From NCBI GenBank assembly GCA_965219095.1, contig CBDCMT010000001.1, positions 2,324,892 through 2,388,891 on the forward strand: a DNA stretch of 64,000 bases. Reading direction: 5' to 3'. Below, in pieces: positions 1-10,014 of the stretch (within the stretch, counting starts at the first letter, position 1; the number at the start of each line of letters is the position of its first letter). The DNA is from Bdellovibrionales bacterium (GTDB lineage Bacteria; Bdellovibrionota; Bdellovibrionia; Bdellovibrionales; UBA1609). Position numbers and translations under genes: made by a program. The notes under the pieces were generated by a model. That model saw only the letters and a list, made by a program, of their open reading frames with translations. It was not told where the DNA came from and did no database searches.

Positions 1-1275
1 AGCAGTCTTAAAAAAGTCTTTGAAAAAAGTCATGGCGTAGATATAGCGGGAGTTTTGTCTTCTGTAAGCTATGAAGTAGCTGAAAAACTTTTCAAGTTGA
101 TTCATGATGAAGAAAAAAAAGCTGAAATTTTAAGCCATCTTGAATCAGAAAAACAAAAAAAATTCATAAACTTTTTTAGTCAAAAAGAATTAATTCAAAT
201 CGTAGGGCTTATGGATTCCGATGACGCTGCAGATTTTTTAAGTAATTTGAGTAACGAAGAATCAGAGGTCATTTTAAAAAAGATGGTGCCTCAAGACTCT
301 CAAGGTGTGGCTGAACTTATGGTACACTCTAGTGATTCAGCAGGAGGCTTGATGACTACTGATTTTTTATCTTTGAATCAAAATCTACTTGTATCGGAAG
401 CTATTAAAAAAATTCAATCTCATCAAGATAAGGTTTTGTTTTACATTTATATTGTCAATGATCATAATAATTTAGCAGGAGTTTTAAGTTTAAAACAACT
501 TCTTTTGTGCCCTCAGAAAAAAAGTCTTAAAGAGATCATGTTATGTGATGTAATTTCAGTTCATGTTACAGATACACAGAGTAAAGTTGCTGAAATTGTA
601 GAAAGGTATGACTTTTTAGCTCTTCCTGTTGTGAATGTACATAATCAACTTGAAGGGGTAATTACAGTGGACGATGTTATTGATGTGATTAGAGAGGAGG
701 CTGAAGAACAGTTTCTTTCCATGGGGCAAAGTTCAAGATCTGAAAGCTTTTGGTTGAATTTGTGGAAACGTCTTTCTTTACTTTTCTATTCTTTTTTCTC
801 AGGCTTTTTGTGTTTTATTACAATTTATAATCTGCCTTCCTTAAAGTTCTATAATTTTCAAATACCGCAAATACCCTTATGGTCAGAAATTTCCTTTTTT
901 CCTATGCTTTGGATCATGGGACTGACTGTAGCTAACCAATCAGCTGCAACAAGTATAACCATACTAAAAGACTTGGAACTAAAAAAAATTAAATGGCTTT
1001 ATTTTTTTTCCTCTGAAATTCTTATGAATTTGTTTGTACTCTTTTTCTTAGGATCTTTGACTTGGTCTTTTTTTTGGTTTTTAAGCCTTCCTTCAGGTTA
1101 TCTTATTATGAACCTTATTTTAGAAATTTTAACGGCGACTTTCTTAGGTTCCTCTATGCCCATTTTAATTCAAAAACTAAAAGGTAGCCCCTCCTTAACA
1201 ACGATTCCTACTCTCACAGTTCTTGTAACAATTTTTACTTTACTCCTTTATATGTGGTTTTTGGGAAAAAACTAA
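1..1275 (+). CDS. mgtE: Magnesium transporter MgtE (5' end lies outside the window)
   Basis: Frame is open from base 1 (SHGVDIAGVL, resembling the HPADIA motif). MDSDDAAD N-domain, SAGGLMTTDF, tandem CBS domains (RYDFLALPVV, GVITVDDVID) and C-terminal TM helices. Confidence 0.92.
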   Translation, partial: SSLKKVFEKSHGVDIAGVLSSVSYEVAEKLFKLIHDEEKKAEILSHLESEKQKKFINFFSQKELIQIVGLMDSDDAADFLSNLSNEESEVILKKMVPQDSQGVAELMVHSSDSAGGLMTTDFLSLNQNLLVSEAIKKIQSHQDKVLFYIYIVNDHNNLAGVLSLKQLLLCPQKKSLKEIMLCDVISVHVTDTQSKVAEIVERYDFLALPVVNVHNQLEGVITVDDVIDVIREEAEEQFLSMGQSSRSESFWLNLWKRLSLLFYSFFSGFLCFITIYNLPSLKFYNFQIPQIPLWSEISFFPMLWIMGLTVANQSAATSITILKDLELKKIKWLYFFSSEILMNLFVLFFLGSLTWSFFWFLSLPSGYLIMNLILEILTATFLGSSMPILIQKLKGSPSLTTIPTLTVLVTIFTLLLYMWFLGKN

Positions 1276-1877
1276 TGTTTGAAAAAGAAAAAGTTTTTCT
1301 TTTAAAAAAGACAATTTTCTCTGAGGCAGATCTTATTTTGCATGGACTTAACTCTAAGGGATCTAAAATTTCTGTGTTAGCAAAATGTGCTAGAAAAAGC
1401 AGAAAAAGATTTGGAGGTGGCATCTTACAACCTACGCATTTGTTGGAATGGGTCTATAGTAAAAGAAAAAGCCAAGAGTTAGGAGTTTTAAAAGAAGCGT
1501 CTTTAAAAACAAGCTTTCAAGGCCTAAGAAAAGATTTTAAGAGGTTAGAGTTAGGGCTTTATTTTGTTAAGCTTATGGATTGTGTGAGTCTGCAGGGCAT
1601 GTCATCTCATTCTTCTATGTTTCATCTTTTAGGCCATGGCTTGAAGCAGGCCGAAATGACCTCTGATTTATCAAAATTAAAAATACATTTTGAGATGAAA
1701 TTTTTATTCGAACAAGGAGTTCTTTCTTGTTATGAATATAGAAGGTTTCTTTCAAAACCTCTTTATGAGCATTTAAAATTGAAGAACTTAGAAGATAAGA
1801 AGCACCACATCTCACAAGAGGTCTCTATTTATTTGAACAAGAGGTTTGACAAGTTTTTTCTTGAATGGGAAGATTGA
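1275..1877 (+). CDS. recO: DNA repair protein RecO
   Basis: N-terminal OB-fold pattern (LKKTIFSEADLIL...LAKCARKSRKRFGG.LQP). ATG overlaps the mgtE stop (TAATG). Confidence 0.85.
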   Translation: MFEKEKVFLLKKTIFSEADLILHGLNSKGSKISVLAKCARKSRKRFGGGILQPTHLLEWVYSKRKSQELGVLKEASLKTSFQGLRKDFKRLELGLYFVKLMDCVSLQGMSSHSSMFHLLGHGLKQAEMTSDLSKLKIHFEMKFLFEQGVLSCYEYRRFLSKPLYEHLKLKNLEDKKHHISQEVSIYLNKRFDKFFLEWED

Positions 1878-1881
1878 TATA

Positions 1882-2997
1882 ATGAAGTTAAGATTTTTAA
1901 TAGCTCTATTGATCATAGGTCCTATGATTTTACAAGCTCAAGATGAAAAAGGTTTAAGTTCAGACTATAAAGCAACTTATTCCGATTTGCCTGCAATGCT
2001 TCCTTATTTAACGCCTTTTTTTGAAGAAGAGCATCCTCCTAAGCCGGAGAATTTTTTAGAGAATTTTTTACATAAGGACCTCCTTACAGTTTCAAAAGAT
2101 AACAAATTTCTCATAGAGACAAGTTTTAGATACGATAGCAATGCTAGAATTATTGATGATAACATTTCTTTAGATATGGGGAAGTTTTCCTTTGAGGAAA
2201 CAAAACAAATTTTCCTTCAAACTCATTACGAAAGAGTTTTTAAAAAACATAAGGATTTTAACATGCTTTTTAGATGGGATATGGTTTATATCAATAGTAG
2301 TGAGAAAAAGATATCAGAAAGTGATCCCTTATGGATGCGTTTTGAGCTTCCTGCCGTATTCAAAAGAAAGCACGATGAGATCCATTGGGGGCTTGCGTAT
2401 GAGAGTTTATTAAGAAAAAGTCGTGAGTTTCCTTCTCATAGGGGGCCTTATTGGCACGGACTGGAATTTTTTTCCCGTTCCTTTTATAGGCTTTCTCGTC
2501 TAGAATTAGCTACTTACTTTCAAGTACAACAGTATAAGTCTTATGTTTCCGAAAAAAAAGAAGAAGAAAGAAAAGACGGTTTAAATTACTTTTTTCAGCT
2601 TCAGGCTACTGTTGATATATCTCGTAACTCTAGATTCATTCTTCCTTTATCTTTTTCTTTTCATAGAGCTAATGAGGAGAGTAACCGTTACTCTCGCTAT
2701 GACTTTGGTTTGTTTTATGAGTTTGATCATCACGTTGTGTCAAGTCGTATAGGTTTAAGTCGCTATAAGCTTTCCTATGAAGAACAAAAAAATGATGCAG
2801 ATGATTCGTTAAGAGCTTATTTTGATTTTATTGCAAAAATACATAAGAATTTTTCTGTCAAGTTAAGTTTGAACCAAATCTTTTTTGACAAAAAAAAGGT
2901 TTGCGAAGAAGATGAAGATGATTCTGATTGCGGAAAAACTAAAGACTTTGATAAAAAACAAATGAGTTTAGGCTTTATATATCAAGTAAAATTTTAG
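1882..2997 (+). CDS. Hypothetical exported protein, probable outer-membrane beta-barrel
   Basis: Signal peptide MKLRFLIALLIIGPMILQA, alternating aromatic beta-strand pattern, C-terminal GFIYQVKF with terminal Phe. Confidence 0.55.
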   Translation: MKLRFLIALLIIGPMILQAQDEKGLSSDYKATYSDLPAMLPYLTPFFEEEHPPKPENFLENFLHKDLLTVSKDNKFLIETSFRYDSNARIIDDNISLDMGKFSFEETKQIFLQTHYERVFKKHKDFNMLFRWDMVYINSSEKKISESDPLWMRFELPAVFKRKHDEIHWGLAYESLLRKSREFPSHRGPYWHGLEFFSRSFYRLSRLELATYFQVQQYKSYVSEKKEEERKDGLNYFFQLQATVDISRNSRFILPLSFSFHRANEESNRYSRYDFGLFYEFDHHVVSSRIGLSRYKLSYEEQKNDADDSLRAYFDFIAKIHKNFSVKLSLNQIFFDKKKVCEEDEDDSDCGKTKDFDKKQMSLGFIYQVKF

Positions 2998-3878
2998 TTT
3001 TTTCCTAGAGGATGTTTTTTCTCTAAAGTTTGAGCTAATTGTCTTAAATTCAAATGAGTGTACTTTTGAGTTGCTGTAAGAGAAGAGTGACCTAAGAGAG
3101 CTTGTAGAGTTCTTAAATTAACTCCATCAGATAATAGGTGAGTGGCAAAACTGTGGCGAAGAGCATGGGGGTGTAGTGGTTTTAGAAGACAGGCTTTTTT
3201 CCCCCAAGTTCTTACTTTTTCATAAGCAGTTCTTGTTGTAAAAGAAAAGACTTTTTGGTTTGTTTGATCCTTCCCCTTAAGTTTAAGTTCTTTTAAAAGG
3301 GTCCAGACTTTTTGAGGTAAAACAATAAGCCTTTCTTTTTGTCCTTTACCTAAAACTCTTATAACTTTCTCATTCCATTGAATATCCATCCATTTTAAAG
3401 CACAAGCCTCACTTACTCTTAAGCCTCCTCCATAAAGAAGAAGGATTAAAAGAAGATCTGGTTTGTCTTTTTTCTTTTTAAAAACTTGTAATAAAGAGGT
3501 TATCTCATCAAGGCTCAAATAGGAAGGAAGTCGTTGTGTTACTTTAGGACAACTTAAAGAGAGCGAGATGTTATCTTCAATCATTTTTTCTTCAAAAAGC
3601 CATTGGAAAAACCCTTTAAGACAAGCGATTTTACGGTTGCGACTTGCAGAAGAAAGATAGGCCCAAGAAAGGATGGTTTTTTTGTTCCATTTTTGAAGAT
3701 TGTGAGAGTTTAAAGACAAGTTATGAGAGTGTTGAACTAATGTGTACAGATCATTTTTATAAGCCCTTAAAGTATGTTCTGAAGCTGACTTTACATTTTC
3801 TAAGTATTTTAAATAAGATAAGGAGGCTTTTTGAAGTTGAGAACATAAGGAGGTTTTTTTTTGCAATTTAACTGACAT
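2994..3878 (-). CDS. xerC: Tyrosine recombinase XerC/XerD family
   Basis: SEHTLRAY, GLRVSEA, GKGQKER, HPHALRHSFATHLL, LLGHSSL.ATQKYTH catalytic motifs. XerC versus XerD is not certain. Confidence 0.85.
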   Translation of the reverse strand: MSVKLQKKTSLCSQLQKASLSYLKYLENVKSASEHTLRAYKNDLYTLVQHSHNLSLNSHNLQKWNKKTILSWAYLSSASRNRKIACLKGFFQWLFEEKMIEDNISLSLSCPKVTQRLPSYLSLDEITSLLQVFKKKKDKPDLLLILLLYGGGLRVSEACALKWMDIQWNEKVIRVLGKGQKERLIVLPQKVWTLLKELKLKGKDQTNQKVFSFTTRTAYEKVRTWGKKACLLKPLHPHALRHSFATHLLSDGVNLRTLQALLGHSSLTATQKYTHLNLRQLAQTLEKKHPLGKN

Positions 3879-4147
3879 GTATTTTACATTTTACCATACC
3901 TTAAAGAAAAGCTTGAAAGTTTTTGAGACAAAGGGGATGGTTAATAAAGTAAGATAAAAATTAGAACTTTCATCTAGGTTGTATTGAAAATGTTATAGAT
4001 GAAGACTAAGGCATATTGACGATTCGTTATAGTTTACAGGTTCTCTCTTACTAATGAAATAAAGACTGAATCGTCAACACGACCAGTCCTTTAACCAGTA
4101 ATTTTTTACTCTCTTGAAATCATAATCATATTATCATAACTTAACTA

Positions 4148-5115
4148 TATAGTGCTTCCGCTTAGGTTTTCAGTTTCCTAAGATAGAGAAGTTATCAGTT
4201 ATCAAAGTTTCTAATTTAGATCTGTGTTTTCGTATTCCTCTAAAAAATTGACTTAAACTTCCCTTGAAATCGTCATAGTTTTCATAATATCGATTCGCCG
4301 TGACCTCTTTTTTCATAAACTTCCAAAGCCTTTCTATAGGATTTAAATTCGGTGAGTACGGAGGAAGATAAATAAGCTTTACATTCAACTCTTTCGCTAA
4401 CTTCTTGACAGACTTCGATCTATTGTATCCGGCCCCATCTAAGATAAGATGAATCTCTTTTTCATCGGGATGCTTCTTAATGAATATGATGGAGCATATC
4501 ACATAGGAAAACTTCGTTGACTGTCTTATAACTCCTGACTACCGTCTTCAAACTATTGATCTCAATAGCTCCACAAACATTCACTCTTTTTCTCCAGCCT
4601 GAATTGGTCTTCACTTCAAACTTCTTACCCTCTCTTATCCAACCATATGAAATCGTAGGGCCCCACTCAGGATGTGTGGAATCAGCAAAGTAAACAGGAC
4701 CGTCTTTCTTCTTAATTCTCTTGTATTTACGCACAAACTTTTTCTGCTCTTCTCTCTTTGCCTTACCCGGTATCGCTGTGGCTTTTTTATAAGAAAAACT
4801 AAGGCGATGGAGAAGATCAATTACACCACTTGTTGAGTACGTAACACCAAAATTCTCCTCAATGAACTGAATAACGGTCTGTGATGATGGAAAAATTCTT
4901 TTCTCTAATTCCTTTAAAAGCATTTTCTCCTCTTTCTTAGTTAAAAAGGAGCTTTTAGGGTTGTAATTGTCGTTGATTAAGCACTCTATCCCACCTTTGT
5001 TATAACGATCTCTACAGGCTCTTATCGTGCCCTCATCAATGAAAAGAAAGCAGGCAATATCTTTACACAACTTACCTTTATCTAAATGGAGAATTGTCAT
5101 AATCCTTTTTGCGTA
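4148..5115 (-). mobile_element. IS630-family element (type 1), 5'-truncated copy A
   Basis: Terminal IR TAGTGCTTCCGCTTAGGTTTTC with flanking TA. ORFs 4477-5100 and 4170-4502 (LDGAGY, LPPYSPNLNPIER). Confidence 0.92.
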
Positions 5116-5696
5116 AATACAAGAGAATTAAGAAGAAAGACGGTCCTGTTTACTTTGCTGATTCCACACATCCTGAGTGGGGCCCTACGATTTCATATGG
5201 TTGGATAAGAGAGGGTAAGAAGTTTGAAGTGAAGACCAATTCAGGCTGGAGAAAAAGAGTGAATGTTTGTGGAGCTATTGAGATCAATAGTTTGAAGACG
5301 ATAGTCAGGAGTTATAAGACAGTCAACGAAGTTTTCCTATGTGATATGCTCCATCATCTTCATTAAGAAGCATCCCGATGAAAAAGAGATTCATCTTATC
5401 TTTAGATGGGGCCGGATACAATAGATCGAAGTCTGTCAAGAAGTTAGCGAAAGAGTTGAATATAAAACTTGTTTATCTTCCTCCGTACTCACTGAATTTA
5501 AATCCTATAGAAAGGCTTTGGAAGTTTATGAAAAAAGAGGTCACGGCGAATCGATATTATGAAAACTATGACGATTTCAAGGGAAGTTTAAGTCAATTTT
5601 TTAGAGGAATACGAAAACACAGATCTAAATTAGAAACTTTGATAACTGATAACTTCTCTATCTTAGGAAACTGAAAACCTAAGCGGAAGCACTATA
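5110..5696 (+). mobile_element. IS630-family element (type 1), 3' half, copy B, fused head-to-head with copy A
   Basis: ORFs 5109-5366 and 5378-5674. IR GAAAACCTAAGCGGAAGCACTA + TA at 5673-5696. Confidence 0.92.
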
Positions 5697-5791
5697 TAAA
5701 GTCCTATTGACTTTCCCTATAAACCTGATCAATGGCTTTAGGTCTTCTAAAATGGATTTAAATGGTTATCTTTATTTGCAGAGTTCTTGAT

Positions 5792-7780
5792 CTACTTCCA
5801 ACCCTCTGAGATAGATAGTTTAGAGGTCTTTAAAAAATCTAAAATCTTTTGAGAACAATCAAGAAAATTTTTTCTTTTTTTAATACCATGACCCTCATCC
5901 TCATAAATGACAAGTTTTGTTTTTTTACCTGATTTTATGAGTTGATTGTAAATAGAAGTAGCTTCAGAAAGAGGAGCACGAGGATCTTTAGCTCCTTGGA
6001 TGATGAGAAGAGGAGCCTGAATCTTATCGACAAAATAAATAGGAGAACGTTCTTTCCAAAGTTCTATATGAGATTGATCTCCCATTTCACGTTCCAAATA
6101 ATCCTTAAATTCTTTTTTAGTCGTGCCAAAAAAAGTTTCTAAGTTAGAGAAACCAATCACATCAATACCAGCAGCCCAAACATTAGGCTGCTTTGTTAAA
6201 GCCATAAGCGTCATATAGCCACCGTAACTTGTTCCGTAAGCAATAACTTTTTTAGAGTCCACATAACCTGTCTCTAAAAGAAACTTAACACCATATTTCA
6301 GGTCTTCTAAATCTCCGCCTCCCCAATCCATATTGTTTAAATCTTCATATTCTTTGCCATAGAATGAAGAGCCTCTAATATTAGGAGCTAAAATAATATA
6401 ACCTCTATTTATAAGAAAAGAAAAATGACTGCTGTATAAATTTAGAGAAGCCCCTGAAGGCCCTCCATGAATGAATACAATAGCAGAGTTTGAACCATCT
6501 CTTTTTAAATTAGGTGGCATATATAAAAGACCAGGTATTTTTAAATCATCAAATGTTTTATAAAAAACAACCTTAGGCTCAACGAGATATTTTTCAAGTG
6601 AGTTCTTTTTTAAAATATTTTTTATGCTTTTATCTTTTAAATCAACTATCTCTAGGGAGTAGGGAAGTGTTGTTGAAGTCCGTGTGTAGAGAATTTTTTC
6701 GTTGTCTAAAAAAACAAGACCATAAATCCAGCCATTTAGAGTTACAGTTTGAAATACCTTAGACGCTTTCCCTTCATTTATGTCAGCTATAACAATATCC
6801 CTATTCCCATGAGAAAAGCATAAGAAAGCTATTTTAGAACCATTCTTAGAAAAGCGAGGAGAGAAACATTCTCTGTTTTGATGGATCCATTGAACTTTAT
6901 CAGTCTCCATGTTTAAAAAACCTACTTCAGAGAAACCTCTCTCTTCTGGCATCTTAGTTAAAGGGAGGTATTTTTTATTTTTAGATAATCTGCCAGGATA
7001 AGCTAGAAAGTTATAACTTTTATAAGATTTTTCCTTAAGAGAATAAATTCTTAAATTTCCTTTTGAAAAGTCATTAGTTGCGGAAAGAGCAATTTTATTT
7101 TCACTCACCCAAACAGGGCTTCTCTTGGAAACCTCATCAAAAGTAATTCGAGTTAAACTTTGATCTTTTAAAGATAAGGTATAGAGTTGTGGATGTTTTG
7201 GTGAGTCTTGATTTGAAATAAGAGCTATTTTATCTCCTTGGGGAGACCACTCAGGAACTGAAAAATAAGCTTTTGGGTTTTTTGTAAGGGCTTTAAACTC
7301 TTTTGTTTTTAAGTTTAAAAGAAAGATTTGGTACATCTCATTTCCATTTTCATCTTTAAGAAACAAGGCATACTTTCCATCAGAAGAGACAGAAGAGATT
7401 AAAAAACGTTCCTTTGTTTTAACTAAAAGGCTTCTCTTGTTTTCTTTTATGGAATAAATAAAAATATGATTCTTCTTGCCATTCCAGTCTTGAATAAGGA
7501 TTTTATCTTTATTTGGTAAAACCCTAGAGTTTGGAGCGCTTGTGTTTTCTGAAAAAACCTCTTCTAAAGAAAGAGATAAAATTTCTCTTTTTTCTGAAAT
7601 AATAGATTTTGGATTTGTGGACTTTACTTTTAAAAGGCCTGCGTACTTTTCTCTTTTCATATTTAAATGATCTGAATTCATAGTTGAAAATTTTGTCATA
7701 TAAACTAAGACCCCTAGTAAAAAAAATAATAAAAAGGCTGACTTCTTTATTGCGCCTTCTGAGATTAAAAATTTTTTCAT
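5792..7780 (-). CDS. S9 family (prolyl oligopeptidase / acylaminoacyl-peptidase-like) serine peptidase with beta-propeller
   Basis: IHGGP, GTSYGG nucleophile elbow, QGAKDPR Asp, EDEGHG His. TolB-like repeats (PEWSPQGDKIA) and an N-terminal hydrophobic anchor. Confidence 0.92.
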   Translation of the reverse strand: MKKFLISEGAIKKSAFLLFFLLGVLVYMTKFSTMNSDHLNMKREKYAGLLKVKSTNPKSIISEKREILSLSLEEVFSENTSAPNSRVLPNKDKILIQDWNGKKNHIFIYSIKENKRSLLVKTKERFLISSVSSDGKYALFLKDENGNEMYQIFLLNLKTKEFKALTKNPKAYFSVPEWSPQGDKIALISNQDSPKHPQLYTLSLKDQSLTRITFDEVSKRSPVWVSENKIALSATNDFSKGNLRIYSLKEKSYKSYNFLAYPGRLSKNKKYLPLTKMPEERGFSEVGFLNMETDKVQWIHQNRECFSPRFSKNGSKIAFLCFSHGNRDIVIADINEGKASKVFQTVTLNGWIYGLVFLDNEKILYTRTSTTLPYSLEIVDLKDKSIKNILKKNSLEKYLVEPKVVFYKTFDDLKIPGLLYMPPNLKRDGSNSAIVFIHGGPSGASLNLYSSHFSFLINRGYIILAPNIRGSSFYGKEYEDLNNMDWGGGDLEDLKYGVKFLLETGYVDSKKVIAYGTSYGGYMTLMALTKQPNVWAAGIDVIGFSNLETFFGTTKKEFKDYLEREMGDQSHIELWKERSPIYFVDKIQAPLLIIQGAKDPRAPLSEATSIYNQLIKSGKKTKLVIYEDEGHGIKKRKNFLDCSQKILDFLKTSKLSISEGWK

Positions 7781-7832
7781 ACAATAACCCTTACTGGTCT
7801 TTCCTTTATGGATAAAGCTAACATGGCAATGT

Positions 7833-7861
7833 AATATAAGTATAAAAGCTTATGATATCAA
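7833..7861 (-). promoter_or_regulatory. Putative sigma70 promoter of the S9 peptidase gene
   Basis: TTGATA-17 nt-TATATT on the minus strand about 50 nt upstream of the ATG. Confidence 0.45.
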
Positions 7862-7869
7862 TTTAATTT

Positions 7870-8443
7870 TCTAACTATGACCCAGTGTCCCTTATAGCAA
7901 GGGGTTTTCTAGAAGTTAACATTTCTATTATTGTAGAGAATGAAGCAGGGGAGTATTGTGAGATACCCTCTGATGATATAGGAAAGTACACTCCCTATTT
8001 TTTAAATCCAAGCTTTCAAGTAAGCCCTTATTTGACGTGAAAAAATAAGGAAATCAAGAGTTAGCTGAGGCAGAACTCATATCTAAAACAGCAAGTTTAC
8101 ATACAGCTGGTGGAGTACAAGTTGCAGTTGCTCCTGTTATTGGTAGTGCTATTGCGGGTGCTATAGCAGGATCAATAGTGGGTTGTTCACTTGGTGTTGG
8201 CAGCTGCGGAGAGCAATTTCTAAGAGTGGTATCGATACGGCAATGAGGAGAAGTGCGGTGGCTGGCGCTAGTACGTTAATAGCATCACCAATATTACTAT
8301 CATTAGCATCAATAGGGAAAACATTGACAGGCAAAGTTGTAGTAGCAGCAGGTTCTGTAATGATTGCATCAGCATCGGTAGCGGGATCAATATCTGCAAT
8401 GGTTTGTAGTAAAGTAACTTTATTTTTTTCAAAAAAGAATTAG
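7870..8443 (+). pseudogene. Decayed gene for a Gly/Ala/Ser-rich hydrophobic protein
   Basis: Consecutive reading segments in different frames: ...ENEAGEYCEIPSDD..., ...TAGGVQVAVAPVIGSAIAGAIAGSIVG..., ...SAVAGASTLIASPILL.... Confidence 0.4.
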
Positions 8444-8525
8444 AAATCAAAAGAACTCTTGTTTTTAAATAGGCCTCTATTCAAGCATGCGGGGGCTTCT
8501 CTGTTATAACTTTAAGTGCAACTAA

Positions 8526-9043
8526 AGCAATGTTAAAAACCAACTTAGATATTTCAGATTTTATGTCATAAAATTTACATATGTTCTTCGAGAAAGATTG
8601 TCAATTAAGATTAAAGCTCACAACGACTTTTTATTTATTAAACGAAAAGCAAATGAGGATTTTAGCTACGGCAAAATCGAAAGCCTAGGGTTGCGGTGGC
8701 ATAAGCAAGGTATCAAAGTTTACAGATTTATGTCGTCAGACTATTTACAGAGGATTAGAGGAGCTTTCTAAAAGAAGGAATGGTCAAAAAGAAATGTCTT
8801 TTTTCGTATATTTCAAAAAACTGGAGAGGACGTCCTTTGATTAATTATATGACTGTAATCAATTTAATATCTAAGACGAAAATCAAGCCTAAAAGTTAAA
8901 GCTTGTTTAGATAGAAGAAAATACAAAAAAGGAGAAACAGCGTCTAAAAAGGAGATGGAGTTTATAAAAATTAAGAGAGAAGCATTTCAGGACAAGTGGA
9001 ATTATAAAATACTATTACATTTAAGTTATTTTTTAACAGTTCC
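8526..9043 (+). mobile_element. Internally deleted, degenerate ISAzo13 derivative
   Basis: Three colinear blocks matching 11813-13098. Right IR ...AAGTTATTTTTTAACAGTTCC is intact and the left IR is degenerate. Confidence 0.88.
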
Positions 9044-9049
9044 TAAAAG

Positions 9050-9430
9050 TTAGGCAATGAGATCTAAAAAACACTGTCTCCAATACAAGGGAGTTTTTGA
9101 TGAAAACTTTAGAACCAGCTCAAAAATTTTTTGATCCACTCGGGAAGATCTAATCACAATACCATCTAAATTCAAATTCATATCAGGTAAAAACAAATTA
9201 AGGTGTTCTCCTATGAGGTTGTCTAAACTCAAACGTTGCCTTAAATCAACACGCACAAGATCACATCTTGAAATATGAATACAAAAAGCAGTTAGACTTA
9301 TATTTAATAGTACCCCATATTGAGCAATTACACTCTTGTCATAGAGACTTGTAACCTCTTGAATGCCTATCTTTTCAATACATTTTCTAGGTTCTTTTCT
9401 ATCTATAAAGTCTAACTTCCTAGCTGACAT
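9050..9430 (-). CDS. PilZ-like domain protein (putative c-di-GMP receptor)
   Basis: RKEPR (RxxxR) and NISLTA (D/NxSxxG-like) motifs. SD GAGGTG precedes the ATG at 9430. Confidence 0.6.
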   Translation of the reverse strand: MSARKLDFIDRKEPRKCIEKIGIQEVTSLYDKSVIAQYGVLLNISLTAFCIHISRCDLVRVDLRQRLSLDNLIGEHLNLFLPDMNLNLDGIVIRSSRVDQKIFELVLKFSSKTPLYWRQCFLDLIA

Positions 9431-9543
9431 ACAAACACCTCTCTTACCTCTCACTATCTTTATCGTCATAAAAAATAAAAACATTAAGATTTTTAAAAAA
9501 ATCATGTAAATTAAGAGGCATTTTGTTTTTGAAATAAAGAGTG

Positions 9544-9792
9544 TTAAAAAATGATCCAACTATCTAAAACAGGAGCTGCCACAAACACAATTAAACTCAT
9601 ATTGATCCATATAAAAAACTTTTTCCAATGGCTAAAGTCATTTTGACTCATAGTAAGACAAATCTCTTTTTTAAAGTACTTTAAAAATTCATAGCCTGTC
9701 TTTAAAGCTATAGGAACCACTAAGATTAAATACATCATATGTGCTGAAACAAAAAGGGGTGAAAGAAGAACTAAAAAGAGATAAAAAAACAA
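9544..9792 (-). CDS. Small membrane protein, probably 5'-truncated by the duplicated segment
   Basis: Hydrophobic helices. The 5' end abuts the duplicated S9 3' fragment at 9782. Confidence 0.4.
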   Translation of the reverse strand: MFFYLFLVLLSPLFVSAHMMYLILVVPIALKTGYEFLKYFKKEICLTMSQNDFSHWKKFFIWINMSLIVFVAAPVLDSWIIF

Positions 9793-10011
9793 AACTTGTC
9801 ATTTATGAGGATGAGGGTCATGGTATTAAAAAAAGAAAAAATTTTCTTGATTGTTCTCAAAAGATTTTAGATTTTTTAAAGACCTCTAAACTATCTATCT
9901 CAGAGGGTTGGAAGTAGATCAAGAACTCTGCAAATAAAGATAACCATTTAAATCCATTTTAGAAGACCTAAAGCCATTGATCAGGTTTATAGGGAAAGTC
10001 AATAGGACTTT
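9782..10011 (+). repeat. Inverted duplicate of the S9 peptidase 3' end and downstream spacer (5698-5927)
   Basis: Reverse complement of 5698-5927. Encodes ...LVIYEDEGHGIKKRKNF...SEGWK*. Confidence 0.92.
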
Positions 10012-10014
10012 ATA

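Noticed and set aside
2994-3878. Integron or prophage integrase interpretation of the tyrosine recombinase
   Set aside because: No integron-integrase insertion, attC sites or phage genes. Size and housekeeping context fit XerC/D.
4004-4088. SRP (4.5S) or 6S RNA identity for the hairpin
   Set aside because: It lacks the CAGG-GNRA-AGCA domain IV motif on either strand and is too short for 6S. Kept only as an unassigned candidate.
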